Source: Syntrophales bacterium (lineage in GTDB: Bacteria; Desulfobacterota; Syntrophia; Syntrophales; JACQWR01). Taken from it: 55,360 nt of DNA. Within the stretch, counting starts at the first letter, position 1; each line of letters begins with the position of its first letter. Where the stretch lies: contig DATESZ010000264.1 of assembly GCA_035283845.1 (NCBI GenBank), forward strand, positions 1-55,360. Direction: 5' to 3'. Positions 32,451-42,958 of this stretch are shown here, one piece after another. The notes beneath the pieces are model-generated. The model had not been told where the DNA came from and did no database searches. It was given only the letters and a program-made list of their open reading frames with translations. Position numbers and translations under genes: made by a program.

Positions 32451-33353
32451 GTGAATCTGCAAGAAATTATCGATTATGAACGGAGTTCTGTACTTGACGA
32501 CGTAACTTTGCCGCAAGATTGGTTTGACGCGCAGCTCGTTTTATATGCCAATGAGGCCCAGAACATTATTTGCAGAGATGCCAGGATCCTCATAGACGCG
32601 ACAACCGCTGCGGTTTGCAACATTGCAACCGTAGCCGGGACGTTTGACTACGAATTGGCGTCATCCATCATTTATGTCACATCCGTAAAGTTGCTTTCCG
32701 AAGAGCTGCTTACGCTTGATGTTGCACCAACTCCTGCGGAATGGGCGGCAGGCGCGACTGTGACAGGCGGCACCAGCAACAAGACCTGTTACATAAAAGA
32801 AAAGCTTACATCCACAACCTATACCATCCAGAACAGAACCGGCGAGTTCACGCTTGGCGAAAGCCTCAGTGACGGCACGAATGCCGCCGATCAGGGCGCG
32901 ACATATCCCCTGGTGACCGACAGCTCGGAAAGCCCGTACCAACTCTCAAAGCGGACGCTCGTTGAAATGAACCGAATTTCTAATTGGAGATCAGGAACCA
33001 CGGGAAAGCCAACCAGCTACCTGCTCGATTATCGTTCGGGATATATTGCCCTATATCCTGCCCCCGATGCCGTTTACACCGTTAAATTGACCGTTATCCG
33101 TTATCCGATTACGGCTTTTTCTACCACGTCGATGTCGGGGCAGACCCCCGAGATAGCATCTCAGTATCACCATGCCTTGCTTGACGGCATTGCTTGGCAG
33201 GCGTTCTTGAAGAGAGGGGAGAATACCTACAATCCACAGAGAAGTGACTACTATTACAAATTATTCCGAAAAGCGATAAGCGACATGAAAATCACGCAGA
33301 ACATGCAACATGCGAACGAATCAACAATGAATCAGCATGCGGGATTCATGTAA
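32451..33353 (+). CDS. Structural paralog family member 1, 300 aa
   Basis: ORF track. GTG start with AGGAGG SD. Shares the ...Y..P.PDAVY.L...V... framework with 33372, 34910 and 36088. Confidence 0.7.
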   Translation: MNLQEIIDYERSSVLDDVTLPQDWFDAQLVLYANEAQNIICRDARILIDATTAAVCNIATVAGTFDYELASSIIYVTSVKLLSEELLTLDVAPTPAEWAAGATVTGGTSNKTCYIKEKLTSTTYTIQNRTGEFTLGESLSDGTNAADQGATYPLVTDSSESPYQLSKRTLVEMNRISNWRSGTTGKPTSYLLDYRSGYIALYPAPDAVYTVKLTVIRYPITAFSTTSMSGQTPEIASQYHHALLDGIAWQAFLKRGENTYNPQRSDYYYKLFRKAISDMKITQNMQHANESTMNQHAGFM

Positions 33354-33371
33354 TAAAAGGAGGATTTTACA

Positions 33372-34352
33372 GTGTCGGGTGTATGGCCACTACTTGATGC
33401 AGCGGACTTAGAACTGAGGGTTAGAACATATCTTAACGAGGTGGCGGCAGATTTTTACACGCAAGCCGAGATCTGGCGCTGGCTATCCATAGCCGCAAAG
33501 GACATAGCCCAAAAAACTCTTTGCGTCCGCCGGATTCTTGACGTCAAAACGACAAGCGCGGCTCGTAATGTGGCAACAAGGTGCTATAAGGTTCTGCACG
33601 TTGAGTATGTGCCATCGTCTGGTCGGGCGCAAATGCTCACCAAGATTGACCCCTTGAGAGCAGGGCATTACCCGACAAACGGGACGGCGCCTCAGTATTG
33701 GTATGAGTTTGGCTCTTATATCGGCATTGACCCTGTCCCTGATGCAGTCTATTACCTACGCCTTTATGTGGCAGATTTGCCGAAAATGCAGACTGTTTAT
33801 AACGGGATCGCCTTTGTAGAGGGCGGAGCTGCAAACCAATGGACTGATAGCGGGACAGGCTGGGCATGTTCTACTACGGCGACGCATTCGGGCACTGGGC
33901 CAGACACCTTGACAGCAAACACCGCTCTCGCCGCTGCCAATACCGACGTAACAATGGTTTTTACTGTTGATAGCATTGGGGCGACTGGAACTTTGAGCGT
34001 TTCTTGTGGAGCGGGGTCACAAGTAATAATCCCCGTCGCGGGGGTCCACATGCACTCTCGTCTTGCTACGACTCCATGGCAACCGGCATTAATTGCGACA
34101 AATGATGTTGTTATCAGCGGATTCTATGCTTATATCGAAAAGGACTATACCGTAGTTGGAGACCAGACCGAACTCCCCGCCGCCTATCAGCATCTCCTGG
34201 CCCTGTATGCCACCTATAGCGGCTTGACGAAAGATCGGAAATATGGCCCGGCGCAGATGCTGGAGTCGATCTATAATAACGAGCTGGCATATCTAAGGGC
34301 CAATATCGTGGAAGTGATCCCGGACGGGAGAGCCAGTCTAAAATATAGTTAG
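33372..34352 (+). CDS. Structural paralog family member 2, 326 aa
   Basis: ORF track. PQYWYEFGSYIGIDPVPDAVYYLRLYV. Confidence 0.7.
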   Translation: MSGVWPLLDAADLELRVRTYLNEVAADFYTQAEIWRWLSIAAKDIAQKTLCVRRILDVKTTSAARNVATRCYKVLHVEYVPSSGRAQMLTKIDPLRAGHYPTNGTAPQYWYEFGSYIGIDPVPDAVYYLRLYVADLPKMQTVYNGIAFVEGGAANQWTDSGTGWACSTTATHSGTGPDTLTANTALAAANTDVTMVFTVDSIGATGTLSVSCGAGSQVIIPVAGVHMHSRLATTPWQPALIATNDVVISGFYAYIEKDYTVVGDQTELPAAYQHLLALYATYSGLTKDRKYGPAQMLESIYNNELAYLRANIVEVIPDGRASLKYS

Positions 34353-34359
34353 GTGTAAA

Positions 34360-34653
34360 ATGCAAACACATTTTGTATCAAAAGAAAAACTTTATCCGTG
34401 GTTTGGATATGCCGAACCGGCCAATGACGCCATCTTTATCAGGGCAGACTTGCCTAAACGTGTCCAAGCTTCCGTGATTGCCCACGAGACGTATCATATC
34501 CACGATAAGTCCACGAATATATTTTGGCGAGAAGTGAAAGCCAACGCCTATAGTGCTTGGAAACAGCCGATAGGATTCCTGTACTCCTGTGTCTTGAGCC
34601 TAAACATGGACAGAATTAACGCGAATATCCAAAGGTTTAGAAAAAGGAAGTAA
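34360..34653 (+). CDS. Small HExxH protein (possible mini-metalloprotease), 97 aa
   Basis: ORF track. VIAHETYHIHD. Confidence 0.5.
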   Translation: MQTHFVSKEKLYPWFGYAEPANDAIFIRADLPKRVQASVIAHETYHIHDKSTNIFWREVKANAYSAWKQPIGFLYSCVLSLNMDRINANIQRFRKRK

Positions 34654-34896
34654 ATGTCTCTTTACGATGTAGCATCTATGGAGTCCATTGTACGCGCCCG
34701 GTTGCAAACACCGGCACAGGCCAACATGGATTCAGTAACAATCCTCGCTGCCCTGAATGACGGTTATCGGGATGTGGCAAGTAGGGCCTTCTGTATTGAG
34801 CATGAGGATACGGCATACGCGGTGGAAGGCAATAGGCTGGTGCCCTTTATCGGGCACCGGGTAACCTTTGTAGAATATGTCGTTGTGGGGGGCTAG
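34654..34896 (+). CDS. Structural paralog 3, detached N-terminal module, 80 aa
   Basis: ORF track. Aligns by eye to residues 1-85 of 36088..36762 and stops at VEYVVVGG. Confidence 0.55.
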   Translation: MSLYDVASMESIVRARLQTPAQANMDSVTILAALNDGYRDVASRAFCIEHEDTAYAVEGNRLVPFIGHRVTFVEYVVVGG

Positions 34897-34909
34897 TGTA
34901 GCATAAATT

Positions 34910-36091
34910 ATGGCAGTAGATGACTTTAACAGAGCTGATTCCAACGACCTCGGCGTTAACTGGACCGAATCAGACTATAGTACGCCCAACTCACTGCGTA
35001 TTTTGAACAATCGATTACGCATGGGGGAGGCGAACGGGATTGCCCACTATAACGGAACTTTTGCAGATGATCAATATGTCGAGGCTACAGTTACAGGCAT
35101 GCAATTCGGGGACGGCCAGACTGGGATTGCGGTACGCGTCAGTGGTTCGCAGGGTGGTTTTTCGGCGTATGCGGCGATTCTTTGGCCCGTTTCAGGCCGA
35201 GTCCGTCTATACAAATACGTGAGTGCGTGGATTGTTGCGGACGCACAGGTGGAATTGGCGAATGTTCCATATACTCTGCTAACTGATGGGGTACTGCAAT
35301 TTTCTACCGTGAAAATTGCAGCTATCGGAGCGACTATCAAGGTTTATATTGATAGTGTGGAGGTTATTAGCGTAAGCGACAACAGCATTGCGTCCGGTAA
35401 TCCTGGATTGATCGCCCGGAGTTCTTATTGGGTTGAGTTAGATGATTGGACAGGACAAAGCTTGTCTTATGATATTACAGCTGATGCTGTGACAAACGGA
35501 TCAATAACTCCTGCCGGCGTAACATCGGTGGTGGGGGGGGGAAGCCAAATGTATGCCATTACCCCCGATAGTGGCTATGGCATATTTGACGTTTTAATTG
35601 ACTCAGTATCTGTTGGGGCGGTGTCTTCGTATAATTTCACCAATGTCGCTGAAGCACATACAATATCCGCTACTTTTGGGCCCCTGATGGGTCAGAGAGC
35701 CCTCCTTAAGATTCGCCCAGAAAACTGCGGCCATATCACCATAAATGATAACAGTCCACAATACTGGTTTCAGCACGGCGACAATATCGTTATTGAACCC
35801 GTTCCGGATGCGGTTTATGCCCTAAAACTTTATGTGTCGGATTTCCCGGACGCGGCGCTTACCACGGGCGAACCCGATTCGCTCCCCGATGAGTTCCACT
35901 CGTGCATCGTTGACTTTGCCTGCTACGCACTCTCGATGAAACTCAAGAAGTGGAAGCAGGCGGCGAAGTATTATAACATATACGTCAAAAACTTGACGCA
36001 AAGGCGGAAGGATTACATAGACCGGAAAGCAGAAAAACGGGCAATTCACCAGATACCAAATAACATAAAATATGGAGGAACAAGGCAATGA
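34910..36091 (+). CDS. Structural paralog 3, inserted jelly-roll/Ig-like domains plus the C-terminal family module, 393 aa
   Basis: ORF track. The N-terminal ~250 aa are unrelated to the family. The C-terminal SPQYWFQHGDNIVIEPVPDAVYALKLYV... is the family module. Confidence 0.7.
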   Translation: MAVDDFNRADSNDLGVNWTESDYSTPNSLRILNNRLRMGEANGIAHYNGTFADDQYVEATVTGMQFGDGQTGIAVRVSGSQGGFSAYAAILWPVSGRVRLYKYVSAWIVADAQVELANVPYTLLTDGVLQFSTVKIAAIGATIKVYIDSVEVISVSDNSIASGNPGLIARSSYWVELDDWTGQSLSYDITADAVTNGSITPAGVTSVVGGGSQMYAITPDSGYGIFDVLIDSVSVGAVSSYNFTNVAEAHTISATFGPLMGQRALLKIRPENCGHITINDNSPQYWFQHGDNIVIEPVPDAVYALKLYVSDFPDAALTTGEPDSLPDEFHSCIVDFACYALSMKLKKWKQAAKYYNIYVKNLTQRRKDYIDRKAEKRAIHQIPNNIKYGGTRQ

Positions 36092-36762
36092 GCACTCTTA
36101 CGTTGGCAGTGATACGATCTCTCGTAAGGAGCGATTTAAACGAATCCGGAACCACGATCCTCAGCGATACGGAACTGAACGCAATTATAAATGACGGGAT
36201 GAAGGATGTTGCCGTCAAGGGGCTCTGTTATGAAAACAAGATAGCTTTCGACAACATTGCGACAACGCAGAAGATCGTTCCACTCTTGCAGGCCACCAAC
36301 CATATCCTCCGCGTGAACTTTGTGGAATATAAGACCGGCACAACCGAGGGGGGGCTTGGGATGCTGGGTGTACTTCCTCAGACCATAGGTCATTCAACTA
36401 TCAATGGTAACACGCCGCAATATTGGTTCCAGTGGGGAGATTTCCTGATTGTCGAACCGATTACCGATGCGGCCACCTACGATTTGGCGGTTTACGCCAC
36501 CTGCTATCCGGCTGCGGTGCTGAGTGCGGATGGCGAGATTCCTTCCAGTTTGCCAGTGGAGTTCCACGAGGATGTTTATCTTTTCGCTTTAGCCTTTGCT
36601 GCTCTAAAACTTAAACGGTGGGCCGATGCAGGGAACGCTTATAACCGATATATTTCAAGTGTCCAGAGAAAGCGGTATGAATATATCATGAAGTATCCGG
36701 ATGGCAGATCAACCCATGAACTGCCCGACAATGTAACGATGGAGAGTCCTAGAAATGGCTGA
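36088..36762 (+). CDS. Structural paralog family member 4 (minimal form), 224 aa
   Basis: ORF track. TPQYWFQWGDFLIVEPITDAATYDLAVYA. Confidence 0.7.
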   Translation: MSTLTLAVIRSLVRSDLNESGTTILSDTELNAIINDGMKDVAVKGLCYENKIAFDNIATTQKIVPLLQATNHILRVNFVEYKTGTTEGGLGMLGVLPQTIGHSTINGNTPQYWFQWGDFLIVEPITDAATYDLAVYATCYPAAVLSADGEIPSSLPVEFHEDVYLFALAFAALKLKRWADAGNAYNRYISSVQRKRYEYIMKYPDGRSTHELPDNVTMESPRNG

Positions 36763-39700
36763 AAAAGGAGCAGTGGATAGAGGACATAACCTCAATATCC
36801 CGCCGACAACTGTACCGCCGATCCAGCCTGCCGGAAATGAAAGGCAGGCCGACCTTAACGTCCCCGTTGTTGCGATCCCCACGATCCAGCCCGTGGAGAA
36901 CGTCCCTGAAAGTGACTTTACAGTCCCCTTGGTAGAGTTAAAAGAATCCCCCCTTGCTGAGGATGAGCGGGACACAGCGGTAAGCGTCCCCGTTGTCTTG
37001 ATAGGCCAAGCAAGCCCCGCCAATAATGAACCGCTTGAAAAGTACATCATCCCCCTTGACGGTAAATGGATACCATCCGCTGACGCTTCCCAGATCGGCA
37101 AGAACTTTACTACCCTGACCAATATGCGTTATGCTGATGGGCACCCTGAATCTATTCTTGGAATGACCAAAATAAACAGTACGGCCTTGACCACATACCT
37201 GAAGGCACGGACGGCATTCCACTTCCGCAAGTCACAGCCCGCTGAGTCTCATGTTTTGGTGCAAGCCCACAATACCGGATTGACGGCTTCAAGGATTATT
37301 CAGAGCATTACGGCGATCCCGTCGGCTGGTGATTTTGTTGGTGGGGCCGCAGCAACGACTCTATTTGATGAAACCGGCGATGTAGGAATTGGCCAGTTCT
37401 CTGATGCTCCAAACGGCCAGGTGGTTTACTGCAATAAAGTGGACTCTCTTATCTGGGGCGGGGATGAAATGCGAGTAGGTGCCCTTATCGCATCCTCGGC
37501 GGCATTGTCTGCGGCAGCCGATACTGCCACTAATCCCAAAAATTACACGGAGGTTATAAACAATACCAAGACGGACTCGGCGAATAGTGCCATTCTGGGC
37601 GGGGGGATTGATTCGTTCACAAAGGCGATATGGCATTTCGACGAGGCGCAAGGTGCTGTTTCGTTTGCCGATTCTTCGGGGAACGCGCATACCCTCACGG
37701 CTGCGGGAACGGCCATAACACAGGAAGGGTGGGGCAAGTTCGGCCCGTCTGGATTGTCCACCCCCGCCAGTGGTGATTACGCATCAGCCGCCGACTCTGC
37801 TGATTGGGCGATGGGAACAGGTGTTTTCACAATAGACTTCTGGCTTCGTATCGTGGCCCCCGCGACGGCGGGATTATGGCAGCAATATGTTGACGGGAAT
37901 AATAAGGTAATTTTTAAGGTTGACGTGGCCTCCGGCCCAACATGGAAATTATACTTTGCTATCGTAACGGCTGCATCCCAAACAGTTCTTATCGAGACCA
38001 GCACGGAGACCGTCAACTTGGGGTTCCATCACGTTGCTTTAATAAGAGGGTGGGGCGGGTCTGCAAACGCTTGGGCTATCACTATCGACGGAACAGCCTA
38101 CGGCACCACGACTGATGTAGATACTTGGCCGGACATCGCGGCTGGATTCGATGTTGGTAGATCAGCGAGCCAGACAGTCGGGGAGACGACCATGTCCTCT
38201 CTCGTCGGCGGCTATATAGATGAGTTCCGCGTTTCAAAGGGAATTGCGAGGTGGACGGCGAATTTCTCCCCGCCTGCTGCACCATCCGCGGCGGCCTACT
38301 ATACTTTTTTGATAGGCTCTACCCGCCCAGCGCAGGGGGCAAAGTTTTATATTCCCGTCCCCAATGGCACAGCCGATACGCTGACCGTCAAGGAGTTCAA
38401 TGGCAACACTTGGGTGACTCTCACCCACACCGACAACACCGACTCAGGCGGCGCATCTTTTGCCCTTACCGGCACTTCCGTAACTTGGCCGTCCACCTTA
38501 ACCACATCGAAGCCAAAGTATCTTGAAGGTTACTATTTATACTGGTATCAGTTTACCGTGACGGCAGGATCGGCAGAGATTTCCCACATGACCCTCGATT
38601 GCCCTTTCCAGCCCATTATCGACTTATGGGACGGCGTTTTCAGGCAAATCGTGTCTTTTTATGTTACCAAGACTGCGCCGCTCGATAATAGCATAAACGT
38701 CAGAGACGATGTTTACGCCTCTGATGATCCTGCGACTTACGCGGATGTGAGTTCACTGACCGCCCTTACTCAGTACCTTGAGCTAGGGTTTACTGAAAAG
38801 ACCACCGGAGTCATGCTCAACATTCCCTCGGAGTTTGCCCAAGTGGCGGCCACAGTAATGACCGTGGATTATTGGAACGGCACGGAATATGTCACGGTTG
38901 GTGCCATCTCCGACGGTACTTCTGCGGCGGGGGTGTCGTTTGCCCGTTCTGGTGTTGTCACCTGGAGCAATAACAGCATAAATGCAGAAACAAAAAAGAT
39001 AGTTGCCGGCGGCCACCGGCAAGTATATACCCCAAGCGGGAATATTGACGTCTATGCCACCATTGAATCCCCGTCTCTCTATTTTTACCGGATAAAGTTT
39101 TCCGTTGCCTTGGATCTCACGACGCGCCTTTATTATGTCGGCGGGATTCCGGTTAAAAAGGAAATCGCTGGTTACTCGTTCGGGATCCATGCCGCCGACA
39201 GGCTCTTGCTCGGATGCGATAACTACGAGAAGAAAAATGAGTTTCTTATCTCGGCTCAGAACCGACCGGACGTTTTCAATGGCCTAGACACAGATAGGAT
39301 TGAAATAGGTACCGAATCGCCGTTGACTTGCGCCGCTTCTCTCTCCGCTCAATATGCCTCGAATATTTACAATCTCATTCTGGTGTTCAAGCCAGAAGAA
39401 ACGTGGGTTATGAAATGGGAACAGACCGATAACGGGACGGTATGGGAGCGCTACCGAATATCCGCGAATATCGGGTGCCCGGCTCCGCAGACGCTCAAGA
39501 CCGTATCGGCCAGCTTTGGCGATGATCTTTCGCAATCCAAGTTAATCGCAATCTGGCGAGGCAATGACGGCATTTACGTTTCTAATGGCCAAGCCCCGCA
39601 ACTGGCGTCCAAAGACATTCTCAACGTGTTCGATCAGTACAAGACGCCACATGTCAATCTGGCCATGGTGCCCTATGAATCGGCGGGCATTGTTCAGTAT

Positions 39701-40534
39701 AACGGGATTCTTGAGTATCATTGGTGTTGGGCCACCGACCTCTACCAAATAAGCTTTACTGCCGGGGATAATGAACCAGCGGTTGGCTCAACTATTACGG
39801 GGAATACCAGCGCCGCCACGGGAGTAATTGACCACATCGGGACAATAACTGGTTCGTGGGCAGGTAACGATGCCGCTGGGATTTTCTATGTCAGGCCAAT
39901 TACCGGAACCTGGCAGGCGGAAACCATTAAGCAGGGGGCGACCACAATCGCAATATGCTCAGGGGCGGCGGCGTTAACTACCGACCTTTCCCATATAACG
40001 CTTGATAAGGAATTTGTCCTCGACCTCCACCGTTTCAAGTGGTACGAGGTTGACCGATCGTCGGGTAAATATCTCCAGTGCATCGTGAGCGTTGGGGATA
40101 CTTCCGGGAACCCCTACCCGTTCGGTTTCATCGACACCGGGTACATGGAACGGCTGGAATATGGGGCATCTTTCGATGGTGGCACGATAACCGCGACCAT
40201 GCAGGTAGGGGATCAGATACTTTCGGCAAACGATCCGTTGACCGAAACGGAAGTCATTATGGCAAACTTAATTTCCATTCCGCACACCACGACGACCACG
40301 GCAACCTTGACCAACTATATTGATGGCGCTACTTCTGGATCGGCAAATTCAATGTCGCTTGCCAATAGCACTCACAGGACGGCGAACACCATTACAACTA
40401 TCGCCTCGGTACCGGGGGTGCTCCACGGGTTTAAGCTGGTGTGGGCGTCAAGCACGGATGCGGTTAAATTTATTCCGATGATTTTGGCGGTTTTTTATCG
40501 GAAAACGAGGGATCATTTAAGAGGCGTTAGCTAA
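36755..40534 (+). CDS. Large virion/tail protein with a LamG-like domain, 1259 aa
   Basis: ORF track. YIDEFRVSKGIARWTANFSPP is typical of LamG/concanavalin-like jelly-roll ends (from memory). Confidence 0.7.
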   Translation: MAEKGAVDRGHNLNIPPTTVPPIQPAGNERQADLNVPVVAIPTIQPVENVPESDFTVPLVELKESPLAEDERDTAVSVPVVLIGQASPANNEPLEKYIIPLDGKWIPSADASQIGKNFTTLTNMRYADGHPESILGMTKINSTALTTYLKARTAFHFRKSQPAESHVLVQAHNTGLTASRIIQSITAIPSAGDFVGGAAATTLFDETGDVGIGQFSDAPNGQVVYCNKVDSLIWGGDEMRVGALIASSAALSAAADTATNPKNYTEVINNTKTDSANSAILGGGIDSFTKAIWHFDEAQGAVSFADSSGNAHTLTAAGTAITQEGWGKFGPSGLSTPASGDYASAADSADWAMGTGVFTIDFWLRIVAPATAGLWQQYVDGNNKVIFKVDVASGPTWKLYFAIVTAASQTVLIETSTETVNLGFHHVALIRGWGGSANAWAITIDGTAYGTTTDVDTWPDIAAGFDVGRSASQTVGETTMSSLVGGYIDEFRVSKGIARWTANFSPPAAPSAAAYYTFLIGSTRPAQGAKFYIPVPNGTADTLTVKEFNGNTWVTLTHTDNTDSGGASFALTGTSVTWPSTLTTSKPKYLEGYYLYWYQFTVTAGSAEISHMTLDCPFQPIIDLWDGVFRQIVSFYVTKTAPLDNSINVRDDVYASDDPATYADVSSLTALTQYLELGFTEKTTGVMLNIPSEFAQVAATVMTVDYWNGTEYVTVGAISDGTSAAGVSFARSGVVTWSNNSINAETKKIVAGGHRQVYTPSGNIDVYATIESPSLYFYRIKFSVALDLTTRLYYVGGIPVKKEIAGYSFGIHAADRLLLGCDNYEKKNEFLISAQNRPDVFNGLDTDRIEIGTESPLTCAASLSAQYASNIYNLILVFKPEETWVMKWEQTDNGTVWERYRISANIGCPAPQTLKTVSASFGDDLSQSKLIAIWRGNDGIYVSNGQAPQLASKDILNVFDQYKTPHVNLAMVPYESAGIVQYNGILEYHWCWATDLYQISFTAGDNEPAVGSTITGNTSAATGVIDHIGTITGSWAGNDAAGIFYVRPITGTWQAETIKQGATTIAICSGAAALTTDLSHITLDKEFVLDLHRFKWYEVDRSSGKYLQCIVSVGDTSGNPYPFGFIDTGYMERLEYGASFDGGTITATMQVGDQILSANDPLTETEVIMANLISIPHTTTTTATLTNYIDGATSGSANSMSLANSTHRTANTITTIASVPGVLHGFKLVWASSTDAVKFIPMILAVFYRKTRDHLRGVS

Positions 40535-40545
40535 AAGGAGAGATT

Positions 40546-41760
40546 ATGGCAGACATTTACTCGGCTTCACCCCAGATTGCTGGCGGCAGAAAATTTCAAA
40601 CCTACTTAAACCAATGGGGGGCCACTTCGGGCCGCGTTCCTTCGGCGACCATGCTGGATCAGATAATTCAGGGCGAGCTTGATGCCTCAAGCAGACGGAT
40701 GGCAGAGTCACGAAGACTTGCAGAAAAGCAACGGCAATTTGACATAAGCCAGAAGAATGCAGCAGATACGGCAGGCGCCAACAGGAGTGCTGGCTTAGTG
40801 GGGACAACCACCAACGCATTGACTACCGGAGCAACCTTGAGGGCCTTGACTAAGCTGCCGGGCGAGCCATTTAACCCCTGGGGCGCCGCACATGAAACTT
40901 GGAGCGCCACGCAGGGCCCTGCGGCAGCCGAGGGGATACTTAACGGAACGATACCGTCCACATTACCCTCGACAGTGGCGCCAACCGTCGCGGGGCCGAC
41001 GGTTCTTGCTTCTACCCAAGCACCTGCCACGACAGGGCTTGCAATGGCGCCCGCTACTGGTAATTTCGGCGTTGATACGGCGCTTGGCAATATGGCGACA
41101 CCTGAACTGGCGACGGGGGCGGGTGCCGAAACGGCAGGATTCGGCGCCACTACTATGCCCTACCTGGGGCCAGCCGCGGCAGGATATGCGGCTCCGGGGA
41201 TAGTGAATATGCTTGGGAAAAAGGTAGGCGGGTTCAGTAACCCCACCGAATCACTCGGCAAGAATCTCTCCCTTGGTCTTGTCCAGAACGAGAAGTCCGC
41301 AGATATGGTTGGAAGCACGGCGGTGGGCGCGGGCGCGGGCGCGTTAATTGGGGCGCAAATCGGGGCGGTTGGTGGCCCTGCGGGCGCCTTGGTGGGCGCG
41401 GGCGCAGGGCTCCTTTCAAGCGTTCTATCAGACACTTGGATTTGCACAGCGATAGAAACGCTTTGTGGCCTTTCTGCGAGCACGCTACAGGGGCTTTCCG
41501 ATCTTCGTCGGTACTCGGTTAAACACTACAAGGAAGAATCAAAGAAGTATTTTAAGAACGGGCATTTGCTTGTGACGGCGATAAACCAAGGGGAATTGCC
41601 AGATATGGTTTACGGGACGCTTAAGGAAACTCTCGTTAACGAATGCGTGAATCTGGTAAGCGGCGGAGATTTAGAGCTTGCCTATCAGCACTATAAGGAA
41701 GTAGTAGAAGCCCTTTGCAAACAATACGATGTTGACCTTTCCATGAAGGAGGAAAAATAA
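40546..41760 (+). CDS. Gly/Ala-rich virion protein, 404 aa
   Basis: ORF track. Confidence 0.65.
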   Translation: MADIYSASPQIAGGRKFQTYLNQWGATSGRVPSATMLDQIIQGELDASSRRMAESRRLAEKQRQFDISQKNAADTAGANRSAGLVGTTTNALTTGATLRALTKLPGEPFNPWGAAHETWSATQGPAAAEGILNGTIPSTLPSTVAPTVAGPTVLASTQAPATTGLAMAPATGNFGVDTALGNMATPELATGAGAETAGFGATTMPYLGPAAAGYAAPGIVNMLGKKVGGFSNPTESLGKNLSLGLVQNEKSADMVGSTAVGAGAGALIGAQIGAVGGPAGALVGAGAGLLSSVLSDTWICTAIETLCGLSASTLQGLSDLRRYSVKHYKEESKKYFKNGHLLVTAINQGELPDMVYGTLKETLVNECVNLVSGGDLELAYQHYKEVVEALCKQYDVDLSMKEEK

Positions 41761-41762
41761 CC

Positions 41763-42956
41763 ATGGCGAATTTTAGCAATACTTCACCTTGGATAGGAGC
41801 CGGACAAGGGATCGAGCAAGGTATCCAGAACGCCGGGGTTATTTCGGGACTTTTGCAGCGAAAAGAAGCGGCAGATCAAGAGGCGGCTCTAGCCCCGTTA
41901 CGAAGGAAGGCGCTTGAACAAGGTGTCGCGGCAAGCGGGATGGGATTAGAAGACGCGAGAAGGAAAGAGGCGGAGCTCAACCGCCCTGTTGATTATAAAT
42001 CTCATCCTCTCTTCCAGAACATGACTGATGAAGCCAAAGCAACGGAAGAAAGCAGGTTCCTAAGCTTTGGCCCCCCAACAGTTCGCACGATGCGAAGCTA
42101 TCTTAAGGATACTGGGTCCAACTTGCAAGGTTTTCAGAACCTGGCAGCCTCACAAAAGGCGATGATTGGGCAACAGTTACTGCCACTAACAGCAGAAATA
42201 ACAGCATTGCAGGCGGCGGGACAACCGGTACCGGACGAGAAGATGCAACTATTCCAGAACCTTTCAGCCAAAAGTCAATCAGTAGATTATCAAACACGGG
42301 CGGTAAAAATGAATGCCGCAGTTAAGGATGATCCGAACCTCTTAAAGAATGCAGGAATAGCGGCAGCAGTTCGCAGCCAGAACCCCGAACTTTACGAAAA
42401 AGCTATTGCTGAACTGCCCGGCATACAAAGAGAAGAAATCAAGGCAAGGGCAGCAGAAAAAAACCGGCTGGCAGGGATAGCAGCGACGGCTTTAGAGGGC
42501 GAGAAAAACCGACAGAATAGGCTTGATTCGGCGAAGGTAACGGCGGCGGGGAAAGCAGATACGGCATCCGAGAAAAAAACAGCGGCGGCGCAGAAGATAA
42601 CGGAAACCCAGATAACTGGATACATGGCCAGAAACGATGCAAAAATAAGAGAATATACGAGCCTCCTCAATAAGGCAAAGAAGAATGACCCCAATAAGCG
42701 AAACTATCAGCTTACGATAGATGGCTTTGTCGAGGCCAATGCAAAGGCTGGCGACACCCTCGCTCATGTTCGTGGTGGCGGCGGCGCATCGTGGAACGGC
42801 GGCACTGTGTCGCGGTCAGTGGGAGCGAAGCCATCGGGGGGCAATGTGTCTGTTCATCGAGCGAATGCCGCGGCACAAATATCGAAGCTTAAGAATCCGG
42901 CAGCGATACAGGCGGTAAAGGATATGTTCAAGAAGGAAACCGGGCAGGATTTATAA
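41763..42956 (+). CDS. Hypothetical internal virion protein, 397 aa
   Basis: ORF track. Confidence 0.65.
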   Translation: MANFSNTSPWIGAGQGIEQGIQNAGVISGLLQRKEAADQEAALAPLRRKALEQGVAASGMGLEDARRKEAELNRPVDYKSHPLFQNMTDEAKATEESRFLSFGPPTVRTMRSYLKDTGSNLQGFQNLAASQKAMIGQQLLPLTAEITALQAAGQPVPDEKMQLFQNLSAKSQSVDYQTRAVKMNAAVKDDPNLLKNAGIAAAVRSQNPELYEKAIAELPGIQREEIKARAAEKNRLAGIAATALEGEKNRQNRLDSAKVTAAGKADTASEKKTAAAQKITETQITGYMARNDAKIREYTSLLNKAKKNDPNKRNYQLTIDGFVEANAKAGDTLAHVRGGGGASWNGGTVSRSVGAKPSGGNVSVHRANAAAQISKLKNPAAIQAVKDMFKKETGQDL

Positions 42957-42958
42957 AA

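Noticed and set aside
32451-40534. Diversity-generating retroelement targeting the tail or paralog genes
   Set aside because: No reverse transcriptase ORF (no YxDD-type motif) occurs anywhere in the window. The paralogs differ by domain insertions, not by adenine-specific substitutions between a TR/VR pair.
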